DNA of 41,937 nt from a virus, in the UHGV virus genome UHGV-0025826; one strand, given 5' to 3'. This document shows positions 8,273 through 17,858 of this stretch, one piece after another. Within the stretch, counting starts at the first letter, position 1; each line of letters begins with the position of its first letter. Below the pieces are notes generated by a model, which worked only from the letters and a program-made list of their open reading frames with translations, did not search any database and was not told the DNA's origin. The position numbers were made by a program, and so were the translations under genes.

Positions 8273-10134
8273 TACCGACCTCCTCTGCCACTCAACCGGT
8301 TGGCATCCTTCATGTTTTGTTGCAGGCTATCTGCCGCAGTATTCCCGGCGACAACCGGATCGGATGTGTTGATGTGAATCGTGTTCTGCTGGCTGACGCT
8401 TGAATTGCTTGTCACGCCACCACCACCGAGTCCCACCGCAGCATTCATGCCGTAAGGAATACCACCAGGACTCATGCCGCCGTTACCGCCGCCGGTTACT
8501 CCCTGCTGCTGTTCATCCTCACCGACCCCGAAGAATGACTTTGTCGCATTCCAGGCATTTGAAGCAGCGTTGCTGATAATATTGCTGATGTATTCCCCCA
8601 GCCCAGCAAAGATGTTTTTCGCCCAGTCAATAAAAGCCGTGAATGGTTTTTTCATCAGTTCGACGCCGTTATCGAAGATTTTTACCACATCCCCCCATGC
8701 ACCTTCAAAATCGCCAGCGACTAACTTCCATAGTGCTGAGAACATCAGCTTCGTGTTTTCGATGGCAGTAGTGAATACATCAACGACAAACGCGCCGGCA
8801 TCGCCAAACACGTATTTAATCGCATCACCAACGACACCAAATGCACCAGTGATAAACGCTATAAGAGAATCAAAGATATTCTGCGCATCCTTCATCGCAC
8901 CCTGAAAATCACCCGTAAACGCACCTGTGATGAGATGCCACACCATCCTGAACATGGAGGCAATCGCATCAGCAAGCGGTTTAAACACGCCAATAGCGTA
9001 GTTTATGAAAGCCATGAGCGACGCTTTCGCCTCTTTCAGTGCGGGAACAATATCTATTCCCCAGTTATCTTTGAAGAAATCAGCAATAACGCTTTGGCCA
9101 CCTTCCATAGCCGTCAGCAAATCATCGATAACAAGAACGACAGCGATAATGGCGGCAGTGATCAGTACGACAGGAGAGAATATGGTTGCCAGCACCGCTC
9201 TAAGTCCTATAGCAGCAATTTTCCAGGCTACAAATCCGGTGGTAATAAGACCAATAATCGGCAGGAAGCGACGGATCATACCCATAACGGAGAAGATAAT
9301 TTCCCCAAGATGGGCCAGCCCGTTTTTGATGAGATCCTTATTAGCAATGAGAATGTCCGTAAACCCATCCACCAGGTCTTTCAGTACCGGCACAAATCCG
9401 ACGGCAACCTGAAATTTGATACCATCAAAGCCTTTCCCCAGCGTTGTCAGAGAATCGTTGTAGGCTGCAAACTGATCGGCCTGGTCTTGCGTGACAACAC
9501 CAAGCGCCTCGGCCTTGTTCTGCAACGAAGATATTTCTTCGCCCGTCATGGATAGCAACTGCACCATGGAACGGTCGATACCCATCTTATCCAGAACAGA
9601 AAACTTCTCTGCCTGGCTCATGCCGTGCAGTTTGTCGGCCAGTTCACGAAATATCACATCGGAGTTTTTTACCTGCCCGTTCATATCCTTGAACTGAAGG
9701 CCCAGCCTTTCCGCAACGTCTTTCGCCTCCCCCTCACCGGTGGAAACGAACTCCCCCACTCTTTTTGTCATCTCACCTAGCGAAGCCTGCAACGCATCAA
9801 CACTTGAGCCATTTACAGACGCCGCGTAACCCAGTGACTGAACGGTCTCGATCGCCACCCCCGTTTCCCGGGAGAACTGGACCAGCGGATCAATAGACTG
9901 ACTGACAGACGTCACCCAGCCAGCAACCCCCGCAGCCGAACCGGCGATAGCGGCTCCAAGCCCGGCAAGCAAACCAATAGATGCTTTCAGATTTGCATTG
10001 AAGGTTTCCTGCGGCGCCAGATTACCGATAAAACCGAATTTGGTAATAAGCTCGTTAACTATCGCCATTCCGCGCCTTCTCCATCTCGTAGTGTTGAATG
10101 TCTGCGCTGATATTCTCGAACTCAAGCATGTCAA
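8272..10134 (-). CDS. Tail tape measure protein
   Basis: 620 aa; Gly/Ala-rich with long central hydrophobic segments; between chaperone and baseplate genes; start may be the internal ATG at 10068. Confidence 0.8.
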   Translation of the reverse strand: MTCLSSRISAQTFNTTRWRRRGMAIVNELITKFGFIGNLAPQETFNANLKASIGLLAGLGAAIAGSAAGVAGWVTSVSQSIDPLVQFSRETGVAIETVQSLGYAASVNGSSVDALQASLGEMTKRVGEFVSTGEGEAKDVAERLGLQFKDMNGQVKNSDVIFRELADKLHGMSQAEKFSVLDKMGIDRSMVQLLSMTGEEISSLQNKAEALGVVTQDQADQFAAYNDSLTTLGKGFDGIKFQVAVGFVPVLKDLVDGFTDILIANKDLIKNGLAHLGEIIFSVMGMIRRFLPIIGLITTGFVAWKIAAIGLRAVLATIFSPVVLITAAIIAVVLVIDDLLTAMEGGQSVIADFFKDNWGIDIVPALKEAKASLMAFINYAIGVFKPLADAIASMFRMVWHLITGAFTGDFQGAMKDAQNIFDSLIAFITGAFGVVGDAIKYVFGDAGAFVVDVFTTAIENTKLMFSALWKLVAGDFEGAWGDVVKIFDNGVELMKKPFTAFIDWAKNIFAGLGEYISNIISNAASNAWNATKSFFGVGEDEQQQGVTGGGNGGMSPGGIPYGMNAAVGLGGGGVTSNSSVSQQNTIHINTSDPVVAGNTAADSLQQNMKDANRLSGRGGR

Positions 10135-10221
10135 ACAGCTCTGGTGTGTCTAATTTAACAAGTTCGTGATAGGGGCCGTATCCGGCCTTTGATAGCGCCA
10201 GATACATGCTCATGTCGTCGC

Positions 10222-10635
10222 TTATGTTCGAGGATTTAACGTAAATTTCTGAACGTCTGGAGCTTCTGAACGTGAGTTCATATTGCTCCCGCCCATAAAA
10301 GGCAGGCTGATAACCTGAAGCGCTGTTGTGATTAGCATGACGTAATCACCAGGGTAGGATTCGAAGTGTTCCGGCTGCTTAGACAGTTGCACACCGTCAA
10401 ACAGAACGTAATCGAACATCAGGCGTTCAATTTCCTCAAATCGCTCTGAGTCCAGAAACTCAAGAGACTGCCGCGATAACTCAGAGGCAATGCCTGTGAA
10501 GAAGGCAAAAACCTTGCGGCGTTTTTTGTGTGTCATCGCAGCAAAGTCGTAGCGGTTGCCGTTGATTTCAGCAAAACCGTCATCGTAGACCGCCTTGATC
10601 ATCTCGAGTGCTTTTTTCTGCTGTTCTTTAGACAT
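10222..10635 (-). CDS. Tail assembly chaperone
   Basis: 137 aa; between tail tube and tape measure. Confidence 0.45.
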   Translation of the reverse strand: MSKEQQKKALEMIKAVYDDGFAEINGNRYDFAAMTHKKRRKVFAFFTGIASELSRQSLEFLDSERFEEIERLMFDYVLFDGVQLSKQPEHFESYPGDYVMLITTALQVISLPFMGGSNMNSRSEAPDVQKFTLNPRT

Positions 10636-10643
10636 ATCTGACC

Positions 10644-11075
10644 TTATACATTACGCACGACATTGCGGTACTCAATGGTGTATTCCATCAGTGCGTTAAC
10701 GTCCTGGTTGTTTTTGGTTTGCGTCGGTTGTGTGGTGATAGAACCGGCCTGAAGATCGTAGGTTTCCTTCAGTGCCGCGCCGTCGCGCACGAACGACTCT
10801 TTAACTGAGCCGTTAAAGACAACGGGGATCGCGGCGGTACGCTGCTGGTTAAGCCAGATATCATCGTTAGAAAATTTCTGGACACGTATCACCATCACAT
10901 GCACCCCGGCATCAACACGCCCCGAGATTGTGACGCCGTTATTCGCACTATTGGCGCGGCTTGTAAGCGGATTGGATGGCGTCAGCGTGACGTAGTCCCC
11001 CGCAGCGATATCCGTGATGATTCGCCCATTCAGAACGATGGTCGCGGTATCTGCACTGATAACAATCTGAGACAT
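10644..11075 (-). CDS. Tail tube protein
   Basis: 143 aa; directly downstream of the sheath gene. Confidence 0.6.
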   Translation of the reverse strand: MSQIVISADTATIVLNGRIITDIAAGDYVTLTPSNPLTSRANSANNGVTISGRVDAGVHVMVIRVQKFSNDDIWLNQQRTAAIPVVFNGSVKESFVRDGAALKETYDLQAGSITTQPTQTKNNQDVNALMEYTIEYRNVVRNV

Positions 11076-11085
11076 TTACCGCTCC

Positions 11086-12588
11086 TTATTTATTGAAATT
11101 GATGATGATATCGGCACTGTGAACAGCACCAGCATTCTTCACTGCTACCTGAACAACCGGGGATTTGCGTTCCTGCCTGTCTGCGGTTGACTGGTCTTTC
11201 AGGTCACCGGCCAGCACGTAATACCCGTTTTGCTCGATATTTCGCAGAAACATATCCCGATCCCCGAAGAAGTCAGGCAGCGTCCAGGTACCCGGATTGA
11301 ACACCCCAGCCTTCACAAACCCATGCGTGGTTTTCTCTACACAGTCCTCTAACTGATCAACGCCATAATAGGTTTGTGGGACTTTAGTCGGCGTGGTTTT
11401 AAGGAGGTTGAAGGAATCCGTCTGCACTGCATCAACGTAGGCCATCAGGTTATAGACGTTGTCGACAAAATCATTAGCACCGCTCGACAGCACGCAGGGA
11501 ACGTCTTTAATCGTGGTGTAGATGTCGAGACCTACACGCTTCGCTTTGTCGATCTCCGTCTGCTCATAACTTTCGGCCGGCACGTTCATCGTTTTGAGGT
11601 GCAAAGTGATTGCAGTGCGTTCTCCGTTGAAATTAACGGTATGCGTGCGCGCCATATAGCTAACACCAAATTTCCGGTTGCCTGTTTTGCTGTAGAGCAT
11701 GCGGAAATTACTCTGGCTGGCGAGTGTTACCGCCCATGCCGGGTTAGTCGGATCAACTTCCAGAGCTGCCGAACCGGTAAATGTCTCATACACGATTACC
11801 GCGTTCGCTTTAGCCCATGAAGCGATCAACGGCACCTGCGCATCGAGAATTTTGTCGATGAAGGCCGCGCCTTTTACGTTGACCTGCGCTTTGAGTTTGC
11901 TGAGAGATTCCAGTTGTGTTTCCGGTGAAATCTCAGTTGATGCGCTACCGTTTACCAGCGAAGCGCCGGAACCCTCCGCAACCGCCAGCAGATCGCCAAT
12001 AAAAGAGCCACCATCCAGCACTGTCGGATAACCAACAACAGAGTTAGTCCCTGTCGATTTGTTGGTAATCGCTATACGGCTGCCATCAAAAACAACCGAT
12101 GCAACATCTGGCGTAATTTTCGCCTGGATTTGGGCGATGACATCTGCCAGTGTCGTCGCCGTCATGCCATTAATTTCAGTCACATCGTGCTTAGTGCCGT
12201 CAATCTCAATACTGAATGACCAGTCAGACTTCTCGCGTAACGCTGGCAGTACGACTGCCTGAGAAATCTCACCGCCACGCAGTACACCGCTGGTCGCAGG
12301 CAGCGTTTCCCCGGCAGCGTTCCAGTAACCGACGATCAGCGTGCCGCCCGCGGATACCGGGTTAGGACTGGTCCCGAAAAACACATTCGCAAAAGCTGCG
12401 GTGACTGAAGAAGCCCCCCAGTCCTGTTCGACAGCAGATGCGCTTTTGTATGAACGCCAGCGTTCAGCAGTGCTCAATACCCCCGTCTGGCTGGTCAGAA
12501 TTGCGCAAACGTTGATGTTATCTCGCGCCGCCGCCCGTCCCTCTTCGAGAAGCGTCACATTAATGACGTTATTAATTGATGCCGACAT
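11086..12588 (-). CDS. Contractile tail sheath protein
   Basis: 500 aa; size and position upstream of tube/chaperone/TMP. Confidence 0.8.
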   Translation of the reverse strand: MSASINNVINVTLLEEGRAAARDNINVCAILTSQTGVLSTAERWRSYKSASAVEQDWGASSVTAAFANVFFGTSPNPVSAGGTLIVGYWNAAGETLPATSGVLRGGEISQAVVLPALREKSDWSFSIEIDGTKHDVTEINGMTATTLADVIAQIQAKITPDVASVVFDGSRIAITNKSTGTNSVVGYPTVLDGGSFIGDLLAVAEGSGASLVNGSASTEISPETQLESLSKLKAQVNVKGAAFIDKILDAQVPLIASWAKANAVIVYETFTGSAALEVDPTNPAWAVTLASQSNFRMLYSKTGNRKFGVSYMARTHTVNFNGERTAITLHLKTMNVPAESYEQTEIDKAKRVGLDIYTTIKDVPCVLSSGANDFVDNVYNLMAYVDAVQTDSFNLLKTTPTKVPQTYYGVDQLEDCVEKTTHGFVKAGVFNPGTWTLPDFFGDRDMFLRNIEQNGYYVLAGDLKDQSTADRQERKSPVVQVAVKNAGAVHSADIIINFNK

Positions 12589-13077
12589 TTACTTGTCCTC
12601 TAAAAATTGAAACTGCGGCGTATCGATGCGCAGTGTCTGCACGTCCCGCGCAGGGGCATACTGAACATTGAAACTCAGGTGAACACGATTACCGTGGGAC
12701 TGCCCCAGGAGTTGCCCCACATCGATGATGTTTGAGACGGCCATGATGGTGAGTGAATGCGTGCGGCGCAGTTCGTTCGCGTGCTGGCTTTCACTCAGCA
12801 TCATGAAGCTTTCAGCGTTGACGTAAGCCTTATCCCCGTAAAACTCCAGGACAATCGCGTGGCTCACTGAGGCGCTATAAGTCATCACTTCCGCGTCACC
12901 ATTAAAGCGCTGGCCACGGGCCAGCACTGATTGCGGTAGTGAGCCGTTTACCACGATATAACTGGTGGAAAAGTCGGACGCCTGCACGTTCCGACGGTCG
13001 AACTTGATCAGCTGTTCGTCGTAGTCCAGAAGGTCACGTACGAAACGCGCGACAGCTTTCAGATGGGGTTGTGTCAT
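12589..13077 (-). CDS. Head-tail joining / tail completion protein
   Basis: 162 aa; between head genes and sheath; call by position. Confidence 0.35.
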   Translation of the reverse strand: MTQPHLKAVARFVRDLLDYDEQLIKFDRRNVQASDFSTSYIVVNGSLPQSVLARGQRFNGDAEVMTYSASVSHAIVLEFYGDKAYVNAESFMMLSESQHANELRRTHSLTIMAVSNIIDVGQLLGQSHGNRVHLSFNVQYAPARDVQTLRIDTPQFQFLEDK

Positions 13078-13430
13078 GGCGTTGGCACCAGTAGCGGGAG
13101 CCGGGTTTCCTCGGCGATGACAGCGCAGAATCCGTAATCCATAAAATCGGCCGGGGACACGACTTTGTAGTCCTTGCCTCCCTTCTCAATAAACTGACCG
13201 GTTTCAATTTTCAGCCGTGCATGAATCAGCAGATATTCTTTCGACCAGTCCAGGCTATCCAGCGTCAGATTCTCTTTGTTCGCACTTTGCACCACCGCCA
13301 GAATGTCCTGGCTGTTAACAGTCACGACCGGTTCAAAATCGATGGTGGTTTCAGTGCGGGTTTTGAGTTTTACAGGCTGTTCCCAGCCGATTAACGCGTC
13401 GCTCATATCAAGGTCTGATAAGTCGCTCAC
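13074..13430 (-). CDS. Head-tail joining protein
   Basis: 118 aa; overlapping start/stop with neighbours. Confidence 0.35.
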   Translation of the reverse strand: MSDLSDLDMSDALIGWEQPVKLKTRTETTIDFEPVVTVNSQDILAVVQSANKENLTLDSLDWSKEYLLIHARLKIETGQFIEKGGKDYKVVSPADFMDYGFCAVIAEETRLPLLVPTP

Positions 13431-14008
13431 TTACGAACCTCCCACGTTATGGCACCACGCAGGGCGCCTGTATCAATTAACGGCGCAGACGATCCTTTAG
13501 CCTTTTTAGTTGCAGCAGTGATATCTGACCACGTGCCATACCCGGCAATCTCAAAGGCCTTCACGCTGATATTTCGCGCCGTCGCGCCTATCAAATTTAA
13601 TGCGGTGTCAGCATCCATACGCCCGGAGCCTACGGCTTCACAGGCCTTTTCGATTGCCCGGTTAATTTCCGACTTTTTGAGGGTGAAAGGAGCGCGAAGA
13701 AAGGATCGTTCAGGAATCGTTATCTTGTGAGCCGCTGTAAATCCGCTAACCGGACCCATGAAGGTCTTGCGGGTAAACGTAGCTTTTCCACCGGTTGCCA
13801 TATACCCCGTCCCGCCAGGGTGATCGATTTCAGCACCGAACTCGTGAACCGCCCCGATCTCAATTATCGATGTTCCGTCATCGTGGGTTTTATTTCCCAC
13901 CTTGCCCGCTGGCAAACCTACGGCGACGTAATGGGTTTTCATCGCCTGAAGGTTCTTCAGATATTCCGTGGTTAGTCTTAAGGTTTCTTCTGGCGTCATG
14001 AGAAACAC
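13427..14008 (-). CDS. Head-tail joining / neck protein
   Basis: 193 aa; call by position. Confidence 0.35.
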   Translation of the reverse strand: MFLMTPEETLRLTTEYLKNLQAMKTHYVAVGLPAGKVGNKTHDDGTSIIEIGAVHEFGAEIDHPGGTGYMATGGKATFTRKTFMGPVSGFTAAHKITIPERSFLRAPFTLKKSEINRAIEKACEAVGSGRMDADTALNLIGATARNISVKAFEIAGYGTWSDITAATKKAKGSSAPLIDTGALRGAITWEVRK

Positions 14009-14014
14009 TCCGCC

Positions 14015-14377
14015 CTAACGAATCGCCAGCACGTGGACGCCCACCAGCTTACGTAACCTGATGTATTCCTGGCCGTAAGAACTGGAGGCATAACCATCGT
14101 GATTTGCACCAAACCCGGCATCCGGGGCGGAATACCCTAAAGACAATCCAGCCACTGAACGACTGGTTATTGACTGGGCAGTTTTGCCGCTGGAATTTCC
14201 GGAAGGGGTTAACGCACCTGAGGCATAAAGAAGATGTGCCGCTAAAGCATGAAGCCCTTGCTCATAGAGCTTGTTCCATACTTTGCGGCTCATCTGGTTT
14301 GCTGCATCCTGTAGCGCCCCTTCTATTCGAGCAGGGGCAACACTGGCGAACTCGGGGTAACGAACGGTGAATTCCAT
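14015..14377 (-). CDS. Head completion / connector protein
   Basis: Start set to the ATG at 14377 with AGGGGG 5 nt upstream, 14 nt after the capsid stop; the longer ORF would overlap the capsid gene. Confidence 0.35.
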   Translation of the reverse strand: MEFTVRYPEFASVAPARIEGALQDAANQMSRKVWNKLYEQGLHALAAHLLYASGALTPSGNSSGKTAQSITSRSVAGLSLGYSAPDAGFGANHDGYASSSYGQEYIRLRKLVGVHVLAIR

Positions 14378-14391
14378 GCTACCCCCTGTGA

Positions 14392-15360
14392 TTACTCTGC
14401 CGGAGAGGATTTGTAATCCACATACACCCCGGACTGCGGCTGTTTCCACATCGCGCCACCGAAGGCAGAGCGATAACCACACTCATAGGTCAGCAGATCA
14501 CGCTGTCGTGCTGCCAGCAGTTCTGGCATATGCACTTCCATTTCGATGTAATCGGCTTCGTAGGTGTAGATTGCCAGGCGGGTTTTACCCGATTTGATAC
14601 CTACCGCGTAATTGCTCGGGACTTTCACGAAAGTAATGTTGAAAGACTCATTACCAGAAGCCTTACGCAGCGCCGCCATAATGCGATCCATCGCCGCAAT
14701 CGGGAGCAGGTCAGTACCCACAACAATCGGATTCGGGTCGAATTTCTGCATGGCGAGCATAAAGTCGCTGGCGTCCATGGCGATATGCGTTGGCTGGATA
14801 CGATAGCCGGATTTGCGCCATGCCGCGTTATAAGCATCCAGCACCAGTTTCACGAACCCATCAGAGGTCATTTCGGCAATGGTTTTGCCTGACGTGTCGG
14901 TGATAAGCTGTACTTTCGTCCCTGTCAGCAACCCTTCCTGACCTTTAACGCCGCGATGGCCGACGTAACCGGCATACTGAATGGTAGCGAGGGCGTTGGC
15001 ATACAGATCATCCTGCTTTTTGGTCTGCAGGTTGATGTTCAGACGTGCGATCTTCTCCAGTTCCTGCTGAGTCCAGGTTGCAGCTTTAGCCCACTGGCCA
15101 ACAGGCGCTTTCAGCCATTCGATTTCACTATCAATGGTTTTCAGGCTGTTGGTTTTGTTACCAATGATGCCGTCTTTAACCGACCCGACCACTTCTGACA
15201 CGCCGAAATCCACATATTCCAGAGAAAAATCCAGGCCGTCTTTAACCGGGAGGGCTTCACCGATGTTGATCTCTGGAAGTTCTTTTTCTTGCAACTGCAT
15301 ATCACGCTCAGTTAGCGCTTCCTGCAGCACTTCTTCGAAATCTGCTGATTCCATAGGCAT
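14392..15360 (-). CDS. Major capsid protein (lambda gpE-like family)
   Basis: 322 aa; preceded by decoration-like and DUF2213-like genes, an arrangement typical of E-type capsids. Confidence 0.7.
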   Translation of the reverse strand: MPMESADFEEVLQEALTERDMQLQEKELPEINIGEALPVKDGLDFSLEYVDFGVSEVVGSVKDGIIGNKTNSLKTIDSEIEWLKAPVGQWAKAATWTQQELEKIARLNINLQTKKQDDLYANALATIQYAGYVGHRGVKGQEGLLTGTKVQLITDTSGKTIAEMTSDGFVKLVLDAYNAAWRKSGYRIQPTHIAMDASDFMLAMQKFDPNPIVVGTDLLPIAAMDRIMAALRKASGNESFNITFVKVPSNYAVGIKSGKTRLAIYTYEADYIEMEVHMPELLAARQRDLLTYECGYRSAFGGAMWKQPQSGVYVDYKSSPAE

Positions 15361-15363
15361 TGG

Positions 15364-15855
15364 TTATGCTCCTTCCGTCTGCTGAACTGCCTGTTGTACG
15401 TAGCCCAGGGTGATAGCCACGCAGTTATTACCCGCGCTCACATCTTCCACCCAGAAACCCAAATCAATATTTCCGGCTGCTTCTGTCGTCACCTTTCCGG
15501 CATCGGCACCCGTCGCCACGATGTAAGCCGCCGCGCCACGAGTAAAATCAGCGTCATCGACTGTCAGCGCGCCGACGCAGTCGCCGTGAGAGAAATGCCC
15601 TACGTTGACCTGCTTGGTGTGCGGTGCACCTTCGCCGTAAATGTCGCGCACCACAATCCCGTGAATGCGTTTGCCAGCTGCGAGAGGCATCACGCCGCCG
15701 TCCGGGTTGACAGCTACGAACGTGCCGTAGGGCAATTTCGTTTCGGTCAGGTTCTCTTCCCCCCAGACTTTATCGTTAGAGCTGGAGGCGCGTTTGATTG
15801 AACCTGGTTTAATAGTGCCGTCGGCACCATCCCAGTCAGTAAATCCGAAAGCCAT
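15364..15855 (-). CDS. Head decoration / DUF2190-like protein
   Basis: 163 aa; Gly/Ala-rich; immediately upstream of the major capsid gene. Confidence 0.45.
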   Translation of the reverse strand: MAFGFTDWDGADGTIKPGSIKRASSSNDKVWGEENLTETKLPYGTFVAVNPDGGVMPLAAGKRIHGIVVRDIYGEGAPHTKQVNVGHFSHGDCVGALTVDDADFTRGAAAYIVATGADAGKVTTEAAGNIDLGFWVEDVSAGNNCVAITLGYVQQAVQQTEGA

Positions 15856-15857
15856 AG

Positions 15858-17003
15858 TTATTTACCCCCAAGGCGTTGAGTTGCGGTTTTAGTGCTTTTG
15901 TTCGCGGAGTCGTTAAACAGATGAGCACCGATTTCACTGCGTGGCTTCGAGGTGGCTTGAATAGCCGCATATGCCGCGCGGACTTCGCTGTCAGTCATTG
16001 CTTTGACCTCAGCATCGTTAAATGCTTTAGTGCTCACCAGTACGGCGGCACGCACGTCACGCGCTGATTTGGCATCATTGAAGCTGACTTTAGGGAAGCG
16101 GGCTTTCGCGTCTGCCAGTGTGGTGCTGGTTTCGTTGCCGGATTTCAGCTGCTCCAGTTCTTCTTCCAGCGCTTTAACCTTCGCTTTCAGATCGGCGTTT
16201 TCGGTTTCCAGCGCAGTGATTTTCGCGTCCTTGTCGTCACCACCAGCGGCAGGATCTTCATCGTTCGGCGATGGTGCCCCCGTCATGCCTTCCAGTTGAG
16301 TTTTAAGGTCAGCGAGTTGCGCCAGCACTTCCTGAGCCTTTGCCGTCGCCTCGTCAGTCCCTTGCCCCTGGAGTTCTGCCAGTGCTTTTTCCAGCGCGGC
16401 GATCATGCCGACCAGTTCGTCAGGAGTTAGCGCTGCACCGTCCGCATCCTTCAGTTTTTTGCCCTTCAGGAAACTCAGGGCGTCAGTTAATGTTTTGAAC
16501 ATCGGCTTACCTTTTTTGTCGTTTAACTTACACTGAGGCCCGTAGCGCCCCTCTGCCACGCCCGCGACATGATTGCCGCGAATGTTGATGTGGTAATACT
16601 TACCGCCCCTTTCCTCGAGTTCAGCAGGCTCATATCCAACGGATACTTCACGAATCCCCGTTTCTTCCAGCGTCTTAATTGCAACGGCATCCGTCAGAAA
16701 AACGTCGCAGACCACCTCACCACCCTCGATACGGGTATTGGCGATATGACCGGATGCTTTGTCTTTGTGGTCTGCTGCGGTGACTTCCCCGTCGTCGGGG
16801 TGCGTTATGGTGAACGGGAGGCCATTGAATGAAGCGAGTGTTTCAGGTTTTGATAATTCGTCGAGGGTGCGGACAACGGTGATTTTTTTGTTGGCATCGC
16901 TGCCAGTTAATCCCAGTTCGTGACCGTAATATTCAATCGGCCCTGCGCGGGTGATCGTCGCAGTGGTAATCACATACCCCTGCGGTGTTCGTTTCCACTT
17001 CAT
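15858..17003 (-). CDS. DUF2213-like head scaffold/protease-associated protein
   Basis: 381 aa; coiled-coil central region (LEKALAELQG.., LKAKVKALEEELEQLK); between morphogenesis and decoration genes. Confidence 0.45.
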   Translation of the reverse strand: MKWKRTPQGYVITTATITRAGPIEYYGHELGLTGSDANKKITVVRTLDELSKPETLASFNGLPFTITHPDDGEVTAADHKDKASGHIANTRIEGGEVVCDVFLTDAVAIKTLEETGIREVSVGYEPAELEERGGKYYHINIRGNHVAGVAEGRYGPQCKLNDKKGKPMFKTLTDALSFLKGKKLKDADGAALTPDELVGMIAALEKALAELQGQGTDEATAKAQEVLAQLADLKTQLEGMTGAPSPNDEDPAAGGDDKDAKITALETENADLKAKVKALEEELEQLKSGNETSTTLADAKARFPKVSFNDAKSARDVRAAVLVSTKAFNDAEVKAMTDSEVRAAYAAIQATSKPRSEIGAHLFNDSANKSTKTATQRLGGK

Positions 17004-17006
17004 TGA

Positions 17007-17858
17007 TTAATCCCATGAGACGTAAGGGAGGGCCAGGCATCGGCATTGGTAATCCTCGCCGGGTTTACCGATGAATGCCCCGATGGTTGAGCGTTTCTTC
17101 CACGTTTTGCCGCCGTCGTCTGAGTAGACCGTCGGATCGGAGTATTTACAGAGCATGCCGTTTAACGCGGAATGACTGTCACGCTCCCGTTCGTCGCCAG
17201 TACCTCCCCACTCATACAGGTCAAGACCAAGAGCAACATTTCGCGCTTCAGTCAGGTCTGCGTTCAGTTTTGAGGTCTGGTCACGTGCGATTAGCCTGGC
17301 GCGGTTGCGGGTGACATTCCCGCGCTCCTTGATTATGTCGATCAGGTTTTCATGTCGGCCGCCGTCTTTCATGTTCTCGAAAACCTCCGCGCCGATATCG
17401 TGGATAAAGTCGGTATGGATGGAGGTGATCAGGTCGACATTGTCATTAACCGCCTTTTCCATTTCTGGCTTTATCGCGCCATCGCCGAGCATCCCGGTCA
17501 GATCAATCCCAAAAGCCTGAGAGAAAGTGCGCTGAGTCTGCTCTTTGTTCTGCAGGTTTGCCCGCGTAACGAATCCGGCAGAGAGTCGGGCGGCGACCTC
17601 CTGAATTGAAATGCTCGCTAATCGCTGCATGACTGCCGCAAGGCGCGCTGTAATCGACAAAGGAGTGGTATCGGGCGCATCGGTGAGTGTGGGCTTGTCC
17701 AGCTCGTCCAGGAGTGTCTGAAGCATGCTATCGACAAACTCAATCAGCCTGTCTCGATACCAGACCTCTGCACGCTTGCTGGCGGTTGGTGGCCGCATCC
17801 GTCGGCGTCGTGGTTTAAGGCGCCCCTGTTTGCGCTCCAGCAGCTGTTTCAGGTCCAT
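17007..17858 (-). CDS. Head morphogenesis protein (Mu gpF-like)
   Basis: 283 aa; directly downstream of the portal gene. Confidence 0.55.
   Translation of the reverse strand: MDLKQLLERKQGRLKPRRRRMRPPTASKRAEVWYRDRLIEFVDSMLQTLLDELDKPTLTDAPDTTPLSITARLAAVMQRLASISIQEVAARLSAGFVTRANLQNKEQTQRTFSQAFGIDLTGMLGDGAIKPEMEKAVNDNVDLITSIHTDFIHDIGAEVFENMKDGGRHENLIDIIKERGNVTRNRARLIARDQTSKLNADLTEARNVALGLDLYEWGGTGDERERDSHSALNGMLCKYSDPTVYSDDGGKTWKKRSTIGAFIGKPGEDYQCRCLALPYVSWD

Noticed and set aside
8474-9697. Several plus-strand ORFs (8474..8905, 8935..9555, 9005..9412, 9491..9697)
   Set aside because: All antisense within the tape measure gene; low-complexity translations typical of shadow ORFs.
10135-10635. 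Programmed frameshift in the tail chaperone (G/GT-type) upstream of the tape measure gene
   Set aside because: Expected by analogy, but I could not identify a slippery heptamer or an overlapping extended frame by eye; left unannotated.
14530-15385. Plus-strand ORFs antisense to the major capsid gene
   Set aside because: Embedded in a strongly supported minus-strand structural gene; no start context.
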